Positions 37,064 to 47,400 of a DNA stretch of 64,000 nucleotides are shown piece by piece (positions within the stretch are counted from its first letter, which is position 1; each line of letters starts with the position of its first letter). Below the pieces are notes generated by a model, which saw only the letters and a program-made list of their open reading frames with translations, ran no database searches and was not told the DNA's origin. This DNA is from a virus. Taxonomy: Duplodnaviria; Caudoviricetes. Where the stretch lies: positions 1,909 to 65,908 of the IMG/VR virus record IMGVR_UViG_3300024261_000026; one strand, 5' to 3'. Both the position numbers and the translations under genes were made by a program.

Positions 37064-38009
37064 TGGCCATAATGCCTTCATCAGACACTACATCGTAAAC
37101 CCGACAATTTCCGCTAATGGGCAACCCATCGGCGGAATTGTTGGTTTTCTACAAGGACTCCAGAAACTTTCCAGGATGATCAAACCAGATATGATAACCG
37201 TGGTTTGGGATGGCGCCGGCGGCAGCAGGAAGCGAAGAAGCATCATCAAAGGATATAAAGAAGGAAGGAAACCCGTCAGACTTAATCGCTTCATACGGAA
37301 CCTGCCTGAGAACGAGGAGGCAGAAAACCTTATGTGGCAGCAAGTGAGAATTCTAGAGTATCTCAATGAAACTCCAGTTGTCCAGTTTATGTTTCCCGAA
37401 ACCGAAGCAGACGATGTTATTGCTTATGTCAGCACTTACCATCAGTTTGATGATTGGCAGAAGGTTGTCGTATCCAGTGATAAAGACTTCTTTCAGATCT
37501 GCGACGATTCGACAGTGCTGTACCGTCCTATTCAAGATGAGATAGTAAACAAGAACGCGATTGTGAAGAAATTCCTCATCCACCCCAATAATTTCGCTCT
37601 TGCTAGGGCACTAGCAGGAGACAAATCAGACAACTTGCCGGGTGTGCCGAGAGTTGGCCTTGCAACAGTAGCAAAGAGATTGCCTTTTCTTGCCGAGGAG
37701 AAAAGTTATATGACTTCGGAGTTGAAGGATTATTGCGAAGAAAGAAAGGACGAAAAGGTAAGATTTTATAGGGATGTCCTCGACAACATTGAACTGATCA
37801 GGATAAACTATAAGGTGATGCAATTATATTCTCCATCGCTATCCATACCGACATCATCAAAGATAAAGGAGACGTTCAGCAGTCACTTGCCTTTATTCAA
37901 CAACACCGGTGTCGTGAAACTGCTGTTCGAGGACGGATTTCCGCAGGTTAATTTAGACGAACTATATGCTTTGTTTCGAAAAATGATTTTTGAATCTAAA
38001 ACAAAATGA
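37035..38009 (+). CDS. 5'-3' exonuclease/flap endonuclease (Pol I N-terminal / T4 RNase H family)
   Basis: IVDGHN, VWDG, YK.GR, EADDVIA, SSDKDF.Q, GDKSDNLPGVPRVG. Confidence 0.92.
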   Translation: MTKKRMMIVDGHNAFIRHYIVNPTISANGQPIGGIVGFLQGLQKLSRMIKPDMITVVWDGAGGSRKRRSIIKGYKEGRKPVRLNRFIRNLPENEEAENLMWQQVRILEYLNETPVVQFMFPETEADDVIAYVSTYHQFDDWQKVVVSSDKDFFQICDDSTVLYRPIQDEIVNKNAIVKKFLIHPNNFALARALAGDKSDNLPGVPRVGLATVAKRLPFLAEEKSYMTSELKDYCEERKDEKVRFYRDVLDNIELIRINYKVMQLYSPSLSIPTSSKIKETFSSHLPLFNNTGVVKLLFEDGFPQVNLDELYALFRKMIFESKTK

Positions 38010-38038
38010 TTGACACGGGCACAAAAAAGATTTATTAT
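38010..38038 (+). promoter_or_regulatory. sigma70 promoter TTGACA-N17-TATTAT
   Basis: Intergenic, upstream of helicase. Confidence 0.75.
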
Positions 38039-38055
38039 GTGTCTGGGAGAAGCAT

Positions 38056-39432
38056 ATGGAACAAATGAGAGATGCGACATTCGGATCCTTCGGTAAAGGA
38101 TTTCAAGAGTCATTAGCAAAGATGATACTGGAAGACTCCAAGTTTTCGACGCAGATCGGGGAAGTCCTCGATATAAACTTTTTCGAATTAAAGTATTTGC
38201 AAGAATTCGTGAGAAAGATCTATTCTTACAAGAAGAAATACAAGAAGCACCCGTCAGCGAGCACTTATGAGAGCATCCTCAAGAGCGAAGACTCCTCCTC
38301 TCAAAGTGAGATTATAAGAAAGCAAGTCAGAGAATTCTATGTTCGCATCAAGACAGGCAACTATGATGATGTTGACGAGGAGTTTGTAAGGGATAAGTCT
38401 CTTGATTTCTGCCGTAAGCAAACTCTGCAAGGCGCCATGCTCAAGAGCGTCAAATTGATGCAAGATTCATCTTTCGACGAAGTGAGCAAGATCATCAATG
38501 AGGCGCTCAAACTCGGGGTGAATAATGACGTTGGATATGATTTCCTTGAGGACTTCGAGAGAAGGTATCAGTTGAGGTCTAGGAATCCGGTCACCACAGG
38601 GTGGGGCGAGATAGATAGAATCGTTGCAGGCGGTCTAGGGAAGGGAGAACTGGGTGTTGTGATAGCACCAACTGGCGTTGGCAAAAGTATGGTACTCACC
38701 CACTTAGGAACAGAGGCGCTCAAGCTTGGAAAGAATGTTGTGCATTACACTTTGGAACTCCAAGATGTCATCATAGGGAACAGATATGATAGTTGTCTCA
38801 CGGGCATCCCTATCAACGATCTGTACTTTAATAAGGAAGAGATATTCGAAGAAGTAAAGAAAGTTCCAGGGAAACTTTTGATAAAAGAATACCCTACCAA
38901 AAGTGCGACTACGCAGACTCTGAAAACTCACTTGGAGAAACTTAAGAATCGGGATTTTAGCCCCGATATGATTATTGTTGATTATGGAGATATTTTGAAA
39001 CCTATTTTCCACTCAAAAGAGAAAAGAGAAAATCTCGAAACTATTTATGAAGAGTTAAGGGCAATTGCACAAGAATTCGAGTGCCCGGTCTGGACCGCCT
39101 CTCAAACTAACAGGAGTGGGATAAACGCCGAAGTTATAACAATGGAATCAATTAGCGAGGCATTCTCGAAATGCTTTGTGGCTGACTTCATCTTCTCGGT
39201 GTCAAGAACAGGTTCGGATAAATCTAACAATACAGGTAGAATATATATTGCCAAGAATAGGAACGGCATCGATGGAGTGGTGTTTCCAATTTTTATGGAT
39301 CCTGGCAATGTTGAAATAAAAGTGTTCGCCCAAACAGAGATGACGGAAGAGTCCGGCGACAATGGTCCGAGGAAAGTCTATAGATTAATGAAAGAAGAGC
39401 AGAGAACCAAACAAACAACAAAAGGAGAGTAA
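38056..39432 (+). CDS. Replicative DNA helicase (DnaB/T4 gp41 family)
   Basis: Walker A APTGVGKS, YTLEL, IKEYPT, IIVDY, WTASQ.NR, K.R.G. Confidence 0.92.
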   Translation: MEQMRDATFGSFGKGFQESLAKMILEDSKFSTQIGEVLDINFFELKYLQEFVRKIYSYKKKYKKHPSASTYESILKSEDSSSQSEIIRKQVREFYVRIKTGNYDDVDEEFVRDKSLDFCRKQTLQGAMLKSVKLMQDSSFDEVSKIINEALKLGVNNDVGYDFLEDFERRYQLRSRNPVTTGWGEIDRIVAGGLGKGELGVVIAPTGVGKSMVLTHLGTEALKLGKNVVHYTLELQDVIIGNRYDSCLTGIPINDLYFNKEEIFEEVKKVPGKLLIKEYPTKSATTQTLKTHLEKLKNRDFSPDMIIVDYGDILKPIFHSKEKRENLETIYEELRAIAQEFECPVWTASQTNRSGINAEVITMESISEAFSKCFVADFIFSVSRTGSDKSNNTGRIYIAKNRNGIDGVVFPIFMDPGNVEIKVFAQTEMTEESGDNGPRKVYRLMKEEQRTKQTTKGE

Positions 39433-39438
39433 GAAAAC

Positions 39439-41307
39439 ATGCAAGAAACAATGGAACTATCAAGTAAAATTTTGAGTGATATTACAGTTTATATGAAATA
39501 TGCCAGGTATTTAGAGAAAGAAGAGAGAAGAGAAACCTGGGAAGAGTTAGTTACCAGAAACAAGCAGATGCACCAAAAGAAGTATCCTGATTTACACGAT
39601 AAGATTGAGGAAGCATATAAACTTGTTTATGAAAAAAAGATTTTGCCATCCATGAGATCCTTGCAGTTTAGTGGGAAACCCATTGAAATTTCTCCCAACC
39701 GAGTTTACAATTGCGCATACGCCCCTGTTGATGATTGGCGCGTGTTTAGTGAGATTCTTTTTTTGCTTCTGGGAGGCACGGGCGTGGGATATAGCGTGCA
39801 AACGCACCACGTAGAAAAGTTGCCAGAGATAAGAAAACCAAACCCCAACAAATCTAGGCGATACTTGGTCGGCGATAGCATAGAGGGGTGGGCAGACTCA
39901 GTTAAGGTGCTGATGAAATCTTATTTTCGGGGCACATCTACTATTGATTTTGATTTTAGCGACATTCGCGCCAAGGGCGCTATGTTGGTAACAAGCGGTG
40001 GCAAGGCGCCAGGACCAGAGCCGCTTAAGACGTGCCTTCGACAAATTAAGAGTATCTTGAACCACAAGGAAGACGGCGAACAATTGTCGTCAATCGAGGT
40101 TCACGATATTGTTTGTCATATTGCTGACGCTGTGCTTGCTGGTGGCATTCGCCGAGCGGCATTGATATCTTTGTTTTCCGCAGACGACGAAGAGATGATC
40201 TCTTGCAAGTATGGCAACTGGTTCGAACTAAACCCTCAACGCGGCCGCTCTAACAACAGTGCGGTTTTGCTGAGGCATAAAGTTGATGAAGAATTCTTTT
40301 TTAATCTATGGGAAAAGATCCAGTTGAGCAATTCGGGGGAACCCGGCATCTACTTTTCTAATGATAAAGATTACGGCACAAACCCGTGCTGCGAGATAGC
40401 ATTGCGACCCTTTCAGTTTTGCAACTTGTGCGAAGTTAACGCCTCCACTATTGAGACACAAGAAGATCTGGAAAACCGCATTGGTGCAGCAACTCTCATT
40501 GGCACATTGCAGGCCGGATATACTAATTTCCATTATCTCCGCTCAGTGTGGCAAAAGACAACAGAGAAGGAGTCGTTGCTCGGAGTATCTTTGACGGGCA
40601 TCGCGTCTAACAAGATTCAGCACCTAGACATGAAAAAGGCAGCAAGATTTGCCAAAGAAAAGAACAAGGAGATCGCCAAACAGATCGGCGTAAATCTCGC
40701 ATCTCGCATTACAACTATTAAACCAGCGGGTACTACTTCTTTGGCTTTGGGGTGCTCTTCGGGCATCCATGCGTGGCATAGCAAGTATTATATTCGCAGA
40801 ATAAGAGTGGGAAAGAACGAAACCATCTATGGATATCTCGCAAAGAATCATCCAGAATTGATAGAGGATGAGTTTTTTCGCCCCCACGACACCGCCGTTA
40901 TATCAGTGCCACAGCGCGCCCCAGAGGGATCAACATTCCGAACCGAAAGTCCGCTGGATCTATTAGAGAGGATCAAGTGGTTTTCGAAGAATTGGATTAA
41001 ACCAGGCCACCGACGCGGGCAGAATACTCACAACATCTCTGCAACAATATCCATAAAGGAAGACGAGTGGGATGTTGTTGGGAAATGGATGTGGGATAAT
41101 CGAGGATGCTACAACGGCATATCCGCCCTCCCCTATGGCGGGGGTTCTTATGTCCAGGAACCATTCGAGGAGTGCTCAGAGGAGACCTATAACAAGATGA
41201 TGGAATCTCTGGTTGGCGTTGATCTTACTCAAGTGGTGGAGACAGAGGATAACACAGATTTACAGGGAGAACTCGCTTGTGCCGGCGGCGTGTGCGAGAT
41301 AAAATAA
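39439..41307 (+). CDS. nrdJ: Class II (adenosylcobalamin-dependent) ribonucleotide reductase
   Basis: RRETWEE, LPSMRSL, YNC, G.GVG.SV, RR.A.I, TNPCCEI, CNL.E, T.KP.GT.S, C-terminal ACAGGVCE; no small subunit gene nearby. Confidence 0.9.
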   Translation: MQETMELSSKILSDITVYMKYARYLEKEERRETWEELVTRNKQMHQKKYPDLHDKIEEAYKLVYEKKILPSMRSLQFSGKPIEISPNRVYNCAYAPVDDWRVFSEILFLLLGGTGVGYSVQTHHVEKLPEIRKPNPNKSRRYLVGDSIEGWADSVKVLMKSYFRGTSTIDFDFSDIRAKGAMLVTSGGKAPGPEPLKTCLRQIKSILNHKEDGEQLSSIEVHDIVCHIADAVLAGGIRRAALISLFSADDEEMISCKYGNWFELNPQRGRSNNSAVLLRHKVDEEFFFNLWEKIQLSNSGEPGIYFSNDKDYGTNPCCEIALRPFQFCNLCEVNASTIETQEDLENRIGAATLIGTLQAGYTNFHYLRSVWQKTTEKESLLGVSLTGIASNKIQHLDMKKAARFAKEKNKEIAKQIGVNLASRITTIKPAGTTSLALGCSSGIHAWHSKYYIRRIRVGKNETIYGYLAKNHPELIEDEFFRPHDTAVISVPQRAPEGSTFRTESPLDLLERIKWFSKNWIKPGHRRGQNTHNISATISIKEDEWDVVGKWMWDNRGCYNGISALPYGGGSYVQEPFEECSEETYNKMMESLVGVDLTQVVETEDNTDLQGELACAGGVCEIK

Positions 41308-41311
41308 AAGC

Positions 41312-41340
41312 TTGACAGAACAAAAATGATCTGTTAGGAT
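41312..41340 (+). promoter_or_regulatory. sigma70 promoter TTGACA-N17-TAGGAT with palindromic operator in spacer
   Basis: ACAGAACA-AAAA-TGATCTGT; extended -10. Confidence 0.75.
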
Positions 41341-41373
41341 AGATACGCATCTTAAATAAGAAGGAGAAAAGAG

Positions 41374-41649
41374 ATGACAAAGAGTAGTTTAAAGGTTGTT
41401 GAGTCGGCAGAAGTTAAAGAAGAAAAGATTGTTGATTACATCAAATCGTTGTCGGCCCTCGAAGAAGAGATGGAGCCCTACAAAGAGCAAAAGCGGGCAT
41501 TGAAGCAAAATTACATCGAGAACGGATGGCTCAGCAAAGAAGAGATCTCGGCGGCAGTTAAGGCATTTCGCCTGATGAAGAGCGAGGTTGACCTAGAGCA
41601 GATGAAGGATTTCTTTGATCTATATTCGAAGACGAAGGTGTGCGGGTGA
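41374..41649 (+). CDS. Small helical protein, possibly GapR/T4 DsbA-like DNA-binding protein
   Basis: 91 aa, YI..L..LEEE....KE....L.......G.LS.....AVK..RL pattern; AAGGAG SD. Confidence 0.5.
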   Translation: MTKSSLKVVESAEVKEEKIVDYIKSLSALEEEMEPYKEQKRALKQNYIENGWLSKEEISAAVKAFRLMKSEVDLEQMKDFFDLYSKTKVCG

Positions 41650-41921
41650 AGTATATACCATTTAACCGGCACTTGGTGCTAGAGGAGCATGACACTAATG
41701 AGGAGACTTCTGTTTCGAAGGTATTGGTACCTGACGACTATAAAAGCATTAAAGATCATGGTATTTATAGGATTGTGGGCAAGTCTCTGGACTGCTCTCC
41801 AGTATTTGCCACTGGTGCTAGAGTGGTTGTAGAAGAGTCGATGGTGAGAGCTATCGAGATGGGCGCCGAGAAAATATTTTTAATCCCAGAGAATTTCGTA
41901 CTTCTTTATGAGGACGGATGA
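41640..41921 (+). CDS. groES: GroES-like co-chaperonin
   Basis: PFNRHLVLE...SKVLVPD...G.YRIV...G.RVVV...FLIPE.FVL mirrors the Cpn10 pattern; about 93 aa. Confidence 0.6.
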   Translation: MRVKYIPFNRHLVLEEHDTNEETSVSKVLVPDDYKSIKDHGIYRIVGKSLDCSPVFATGARVVVEESMVRAIEMGAEKIFLIPENFVLLYEDG

Positions 41922-42724
41922 ATAAACAAATATATGAATATGAAAGAATAATAATTGGCGGATCCTTGGCATCATTACTGTATGGATATTATAATGGCAT
42001 ACCTGTAATATATTCGGTGCCAAGGATTCCACTTTTTTACGAGACAGATGGCGAAGGAAACAGCAAGCAGCATCTGTGGCAAAAGTTGTCATTCGAGATG
42101 TCGCTAGCTGGGTTGCTTCCCATGGGAAACAAAACAGAAAGTATGCGATCTGAGGGAGACACCCTCAAGGCGTTCACCGCCGGACCGGTTTATGGGGCAT
42201 TCAGGTTCGAAGATTTGATTGTGTTTGACGATACTGGTTTGGTGGGATGGGACGGAAACCTCAAGAAGAAAAAAGAGAGAATGGTCCTTGATTGGATTAA
42301 CGACAGAAAGAGTTCCCCTCACGATGTCAAGCACCTTGCGGGTTCGGACAATTTTGTGAGGGATATACATTTTTATCCCTCCGAAAGGATGGATGGCAAC
42401 CCGAAGAAAAAGAAAGATATTTTAGCGATATCTTACTTGACAGAGAAGCAACTATCGTCAACAGAATATACAGATGCCTATGTAAAATTTAAGGTTCTTG
42501 ATATGATGAAAGAGGCAGGAATACAAGGCATCAAAAATGGCACCGATGCTCGCACCGGGAAGATAAAGCGACTATCGATTAGGATTGAAACCGCAGAGAG
42601 AGAAGTATTCACTATTCCGATGGAACCATATGGCGAAGACGACCTCCTGAGAAAATACCGCGAGTCAAGACCAAGAAACAAGTATTCGGAGAAATTAAGA
42701 GAGTATCTCTGTGGAAAACACTAA
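41918..42724 (+). CDS. Hypothetical protein with degenerate N-terminal dinucleotide-binding (Rossmann-like) motif
   Basis: YERIIIGGSLASLLYGY...IPVI resembles YDVIIIGGG.AGL.AA. Confidence 0.5.
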   Translation: MNKQIYEYERIIIGGSLASLLYGYYNGIPVIYSVPRIPLFYETDGEGNSKQHLWQKLSFEMSLAGLLPMGNKTESMRSEGDTLKAFTAGPVYGAFRFEDLIVFDDTGLVGWDGNLKKKKERMVLDWINDRKSSPHDVKHLAGSDNFVRDIHFYPSERMDGNPKKKKDILAISYLTEKQLSSTEYTDAYVKFKVLDMMKEAGIQGIKNGTDARTGKIKRLSIRIETAEREVFTIPMEPYGEDDLLRKYRESRPRNKYSEKLREYLCGKH

Positions 42725-43652
42725 ACCCATACAAGACACGTCATATTTCACGCTGGCAGGTATCATACCAGTGGCAGGTCCACCATTGGATTTTAACTTC
42801 CCTTGGCACGATAGTTTGATGCCGATTGGGAATGACTACTTGGCAGTCGAGAGGAGCGTGTATGAGTGTGCAATGGCCGGATGCGAGAGTATCTGGATTG
42901 TGTGTCACAAGGAGATGCAGTCGCTAATCAGGCATCGAATCGGAGACTGGATCGTGGACCCGGTTTGGACTGCTGGCGGCCGCCACAAATATGGGTTTGC
43001 GTTCGGGTCAGAGCAAGAGAAAACCATTCCGATTTTCTATGTTCCTATTCACCCCAAAGATAGAGACAAGAGAGACTGCCTATCGTGGAGCGTTATCTAT
43101 GGTTCCATGCGAGCGTGGTCCCTTTCGAAGATCATAAGTAAGTGGGTTGTTCCTGATAGATATTATGTCTCGTTTCCATATGGAGTCCACAGCGTGAGTA
43201 GTTTGCGGAAGCACAGAAAAGCGATATCAGACAATAAGAAGAAATTTTATATCTCTCACCAAGGGAAGACAATAAAAGATGGCGAGTATCTTTCTTTTAC
43301 CTTTGATGCGGAGGATTGGAAAAAGTTCCGCAGAACCATCAGAGAAGACGGAACCGGAGTATATGAACCAGGGTCATATTTTGACGAAGAAGAGAACACA
43401 GTCAAGGGAAACAAACTTCCTATCGACGAGAGATACAGTGCTAAATACTTCTCGCTAGAGAAGGTCTTTGGCCAGATCGATATTAGTGATCAAACCTTGC
43501 TTGAGACTGAGAGATATTTTAATATAGATAACTGGGAAGGATATGCGACATACATGGGGAGCGAATACGCAAAGTATGTCGCAAAACCAAAGATGATCCT
43601 GAGATACCACGAGCATAATCCATTTGGAAAAGATGCAATAGAAGATATCTAG
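42711..43652 (+). CDS. Nucleotidyltransferase-like (sugar-phosphate NTP transferase fold) protein
   Basis: AGIIPVAG...LMPIG...AVERSV.EC..AGCESIWIV N-terminal pattern, lacking the usual G.GTR. Confidence 0.55.
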   Translation: MENTKPIQDTSYFTLAGIIPVAGPPLDFNFPWHDSLMPIGNDYLAVERSVYECAMAGCESIWIVCHKEMQSLIRHRIGDWIVDPVWTAGGRHKYGFAFGSEQEKTIPIFYVPIHPKDRDKRDCLSWSVIYGSMRAWSLSKIISKWVVPDRYYVSFPYGVHSVSSLRKHRKAISDNKKKFYISHQGKTIKDGEYLSFTFDAEDWKKFRRTIREDGTGVYEPGSYFDEEENTVKGNKLPIDERYSAKYFSLEKVFGQIDISDQTLLETERYFNIDNWEGYATYMGSEYAKYVAKPKMILRYHEHNPFGKDAIEDI

Positions 43653-43653
43653 A

Positions 43654-43662
43654 TCTATTTAT
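43654..43662 (+). promoter_or_regulatory. Putative late promoter motif TCTATTTAT
   Basis: Late-type motif within the replication region, upstream of ATG 43685. Confidence 0.6.
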
Positions 43663-43684
43663 AATAGCAATTGAGGAGAAAACT

Positions 43685-44392
43685 ATGAAAAAGATTATCA
43701 ACGAATGGCGGAACTTTACTACCTTGACTGAAGGTCGCTCATTGCCGCAAATCTTGCACACTCTTATGGGTGGCAGAGAAAGCATCCAAACTGTTGGCAT
43801 CTTAACGGCAGAGAACCCTAGGGGCGAACAGGCCTCAGCAGAGTTCAATAAAGAAGCGAACGATAAGTTGATGGGCGACTTGCGAGATATGAATCTCGGC
43901 TTCCGCCGCATTCGCGGTAGTTTTGGCAGCAAAGAAGATTCTCTTCTGGTTCCCAACATAACTCGCGAAGAAGTGGTTAAGTTTGGGAGAAAATATGATC
44001 AAGTTTCTGTTATTTGGGGGAGCAAGCAAGATGACGGCATGGTCTTTGAGTATATTGAATCTGCTGATGGCGAAACAAAGCAAAAGAGAAACGTAGTTCT
44101 CACGGGCGACGACGTTCAGTCGCGTGAAGATTTCTATTCTCAAGAGCCCAAAGGTCCAGAAGCGGAAGCGGGAAAATTCCTTGTGCCGTTCTTTGACGAT
44201 AAATATGAGATGCTAGATGAGGCAGAAGATCTCGATGAAAGATCAGAGACTGAAAAGGTTTATGCGGAAATCAACAAAAGAGTTGGAGAACTCCTAAGAG
44301 AAAACAAAACAGGAAAGTTCCGCTGGGAGCAGCGTGGAATGATCAAGCAACTAAAGAAGAAATTGGTATTGCCGAAGAAGATCTCTTCGTAA
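43685..44392 (+). CDS. DUF3293-like protein, possible internal head protein
   Basis: GILTAENP.G......N..AN..L..DL...G......G..G..E.S.LV...GRKYDQ.SVIW; N-terminal MKKIINEWR..LTEG. Confidence 0.6.
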   Translation: MKKIINEWRNFTTLTEGRSLPQILHTLMGGRESIQTVGILTAENPRGEQASAEFNKEANDKLMGDLRDMNLGFRRIRGSFGSKEDSLLVPNITREEVVKFGRKYDQVSVIWGSKQDDGMVFEYIESADGETKQKRNVVLTGDDVQSREDFYSQEPKGPEAEAGKFLVPFFDDKYEMLDEAEDLDERSETEKVYAEINKRVGELLRENKTGKFRWEQRGMIKQLKKKLVLPKKISS

Positions 44393-44424
44393 ATCAAGCA
44401 CTTATAAAAAACACAACAAATACC

Positions 44425-44453
44425 TTGACAAGATATGGGTGATCTGCTATAAT
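44425..44453 (+). promoter_or_regulatory. sigma70 promoter TTGACA-N17-TATAAT with GTGATCTG half-site
   Basis: Consensus -35/-10 upstream of dnaE. Confidence 0.85.
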
Positions 44454-44487
44454 GCACATCGAACCTTAAATGACAGGAAAATCTACC

Positions 44488-47400
44488 ATGGAAAGAAAAG
44501 AATCATCGATTCCGTTCGTTGGATTACATGCACACAGCGTTGCAAGCGTTTTCGACGGGTTAGGATACCCAGCGGAACATATGGATTTCGCTTACAGCAA
44601 CGGTATGGACGCACTCGCTCTGACTGATCACGGCAGCATGAATGGGTTGGCATATCAAGTAATGCACGCCAAGAAGATGGAGAAAGAGGGGAAGGATTTT
44701 AAGCCAATTTTCGGGGTGGAGGCATACTTCATTCCGTCCGTGGAGGAATGGAAGGGCGACTTCGAGCGGATCAAGAAAGAAAGATCTGCCTCCAAGAAGA
44801 GACAATCAAATATAGATGGTGACGCCGCCGGTGCCACAGTAGAAGATGAGCAGGAAACAAAGAAAGCTATCAAGAGTGTCCTCAACAAGCGGAGGCATAT
44901 GGTGCTCTTGGCGCAAAATCAGGTGGGACTAAATAACATCTTTCAGATGATAAGCAAGAGTTATAAAGAGGGCAACTTCTATCGCTTCCCTCGCGTAGAT
45001 TATGCCATGCTCCAAGAACACTCTGATGGTGTCATAGCGGCATCTGCCTGCCTAGGCGGCGTGTATGCGGGAGACTTCTGGGAAAACCGTGAGACAGGCG
45101 ATGATGCGGTCTTGGAGGCAATGAGGGAGACAACACGACGAATGGTTGACATCGTCGGAGACAGATGGTACGCCGAACTCCAATGGAACAGGATCGAGGA
45201 ACAGCATCAACTAAATAATTATATTATTCAGGTTGCCAAAGAGTTTAACTTGCGTATGATAAGCACAGCGGATAGTCACTATCCGAATCCAGGACTGTGG
45301 AAGCAGAGAGAGATTTATAAAAAACTAGGTTGGTTGAAGAAGGGAGACACAGGAGAAGATCTTCCCGACACCCTTAAGGAGATGCCTTATGAGTTGTACC
45401 CAAAAAACGGAGACGAGATGTGGGAGTCATACAAAAGATACTCAGCAGACTGCGGATTCGAATACGATGATAATCTGGTCCGCGACTCTATCACCGAGAC
45501 GCATAATATTGCCCATGAGAGAATATCCCGGTTTCTACCAGATAACAGGGTACAGTTACCAAGTTTTGTGGTCCCCGAAGGTAAAACAGCCTCCGGCGCC
45601 TTGGTTGATATATCAACTGAAGGATTACACAAATCCGGTCTGGGTAAAAAACCAATTTATGTAGAGAGACTCAACGAAGAACTTGATGTAATCAATATGA
45701 ATAACTTTGCCCAATACTTTCTGACGATGAAGGCAATATCTGATATTGCTTGCTCTAAGCAGTTGGTGGGACCAGCACGCGGCAGTGCGGCAGGTTCTCT
45801 TGTCGCATATGTGCTGGGCATTACTCAAGTCGATCCTATCAAATATGATCTTCTCTTTGAAAGATTTATGACAAGGAACCAGAAAGAAATGGGTTTTCCA
45901 GATATTGATTATGATGTCTCGGATCCTATGGGACTAAAAGAGGCGTTGATTGAGGAATGGGGCGATGACAAGGTGGTTCCTATCAGCAACTGGAACACCC
46001 TCCAACTAAAGTCTCTCCTGAAAGACATCAGCAAGATGCAGGGCATCCCCTTTAGGGATGTCAACGTGGTCACGAACGTGATGATGCGAGAAGCGACTCC
46101 CGCGGCCAAGGCAGCGAAAGGCATTACATCGGGAATGTATATTCCGGGATTTGAAGAGGTGAAGGAGCACAGCCCATCTCTTCGCGATTTCTTCAGAAAG
46201 TATCCAGATGTGGCAACAAATGTTTCTGCTTTGTATGGGCAAGTGAGGAGTTGTTCTCGCCATGCCGGAGGCGTTGTGGTGGGCGATAACCTAGACAAGC
46301 ATATGCCCCTGATCAATAGTGGCGGAGTCAAACAGACCCCGTGGAGCGAAGGTCAGAATGTTAGGCACTTAGAACCGATGGGGTTTATCAAGTTTGACAT
46401 CTTGGGATTGACTACCCTGCGGATGATGGAAGGAGCAATCACTCATATACTTAAACGTCACTACGACAAAAAGGATCCATCCTTCGATGAAATAAAAGAA
46501 TTTTATGATAAGAACCTTCATCCCGATATCTTAGATATGAACGATCAGAAGGTATATAAGAATGTCTTTCAGAAAGGCAACTGGGCAGGTGTCTTTCAGT
46601 TTACGGAGGGCGGCGCACAGAGGTTCTGCGAGTTGGTGAAACCAGCAAACATCGTTGACCTCTCCGCTATCACTAGTATCTACCGACCTGGACCTTTGTC
46701 AGCAAAAGTCGATAAGCACTATATCGCAGCAAAGAAGAATCCAGGCGACATCAAATATGCTCACAAGATTGTGAAGGAAGTTACCAAGGAAACTTATGGG
46801 TTCCTTATCTTCCAGGAGCAGATTGCATTGTTGGCGCATCGCCTAGGGAAGGATCTTAGTCTGGATGAGGGAAACCTATTGAGAAAGATCCTAACGAAGC
46901 GAGGAGCTGGCAAGGATAAGATCAAAGAAGGTATCCACAACAAGTTCATAACAGGATGTTTGGAGAAGGATATGCGAGCAGATGAAGCACAGAAACTGTG
47001 GGACACCTTCGAGTTCTTCTCGGGGTATGGATTCAACAAGTCTCACGCCCTGAGTTATAGTATTCTATCGTTCCAGTGCGCGTGGTTGCTGAATTATTAT
47101 CCATCAGAGTGGGTAGCGGCATTCCTCGATAAGGAACCAGAGGCTCGCAAAGAGAAGGCAATCAACATTGCATGCAGCATGGGATTCAGCATACAAAAGT
47201 TAGATGTCAATACTAGCGGTTTTACTTGGGAGATCAGCGAGGATGGAAAAACATTAACTCAGCCGCTCTCTAGCATAAAGGGTCTCGGGAATGCGGCAAT
47301 TAAAGAGATTGTCGATCACCGCCCATTCAACACGATTGAGGAGTTCTTGTTTGACGATAGGATGCTTTACTCAAAGGTAAACAAGAAGAGCGTTGATGCC

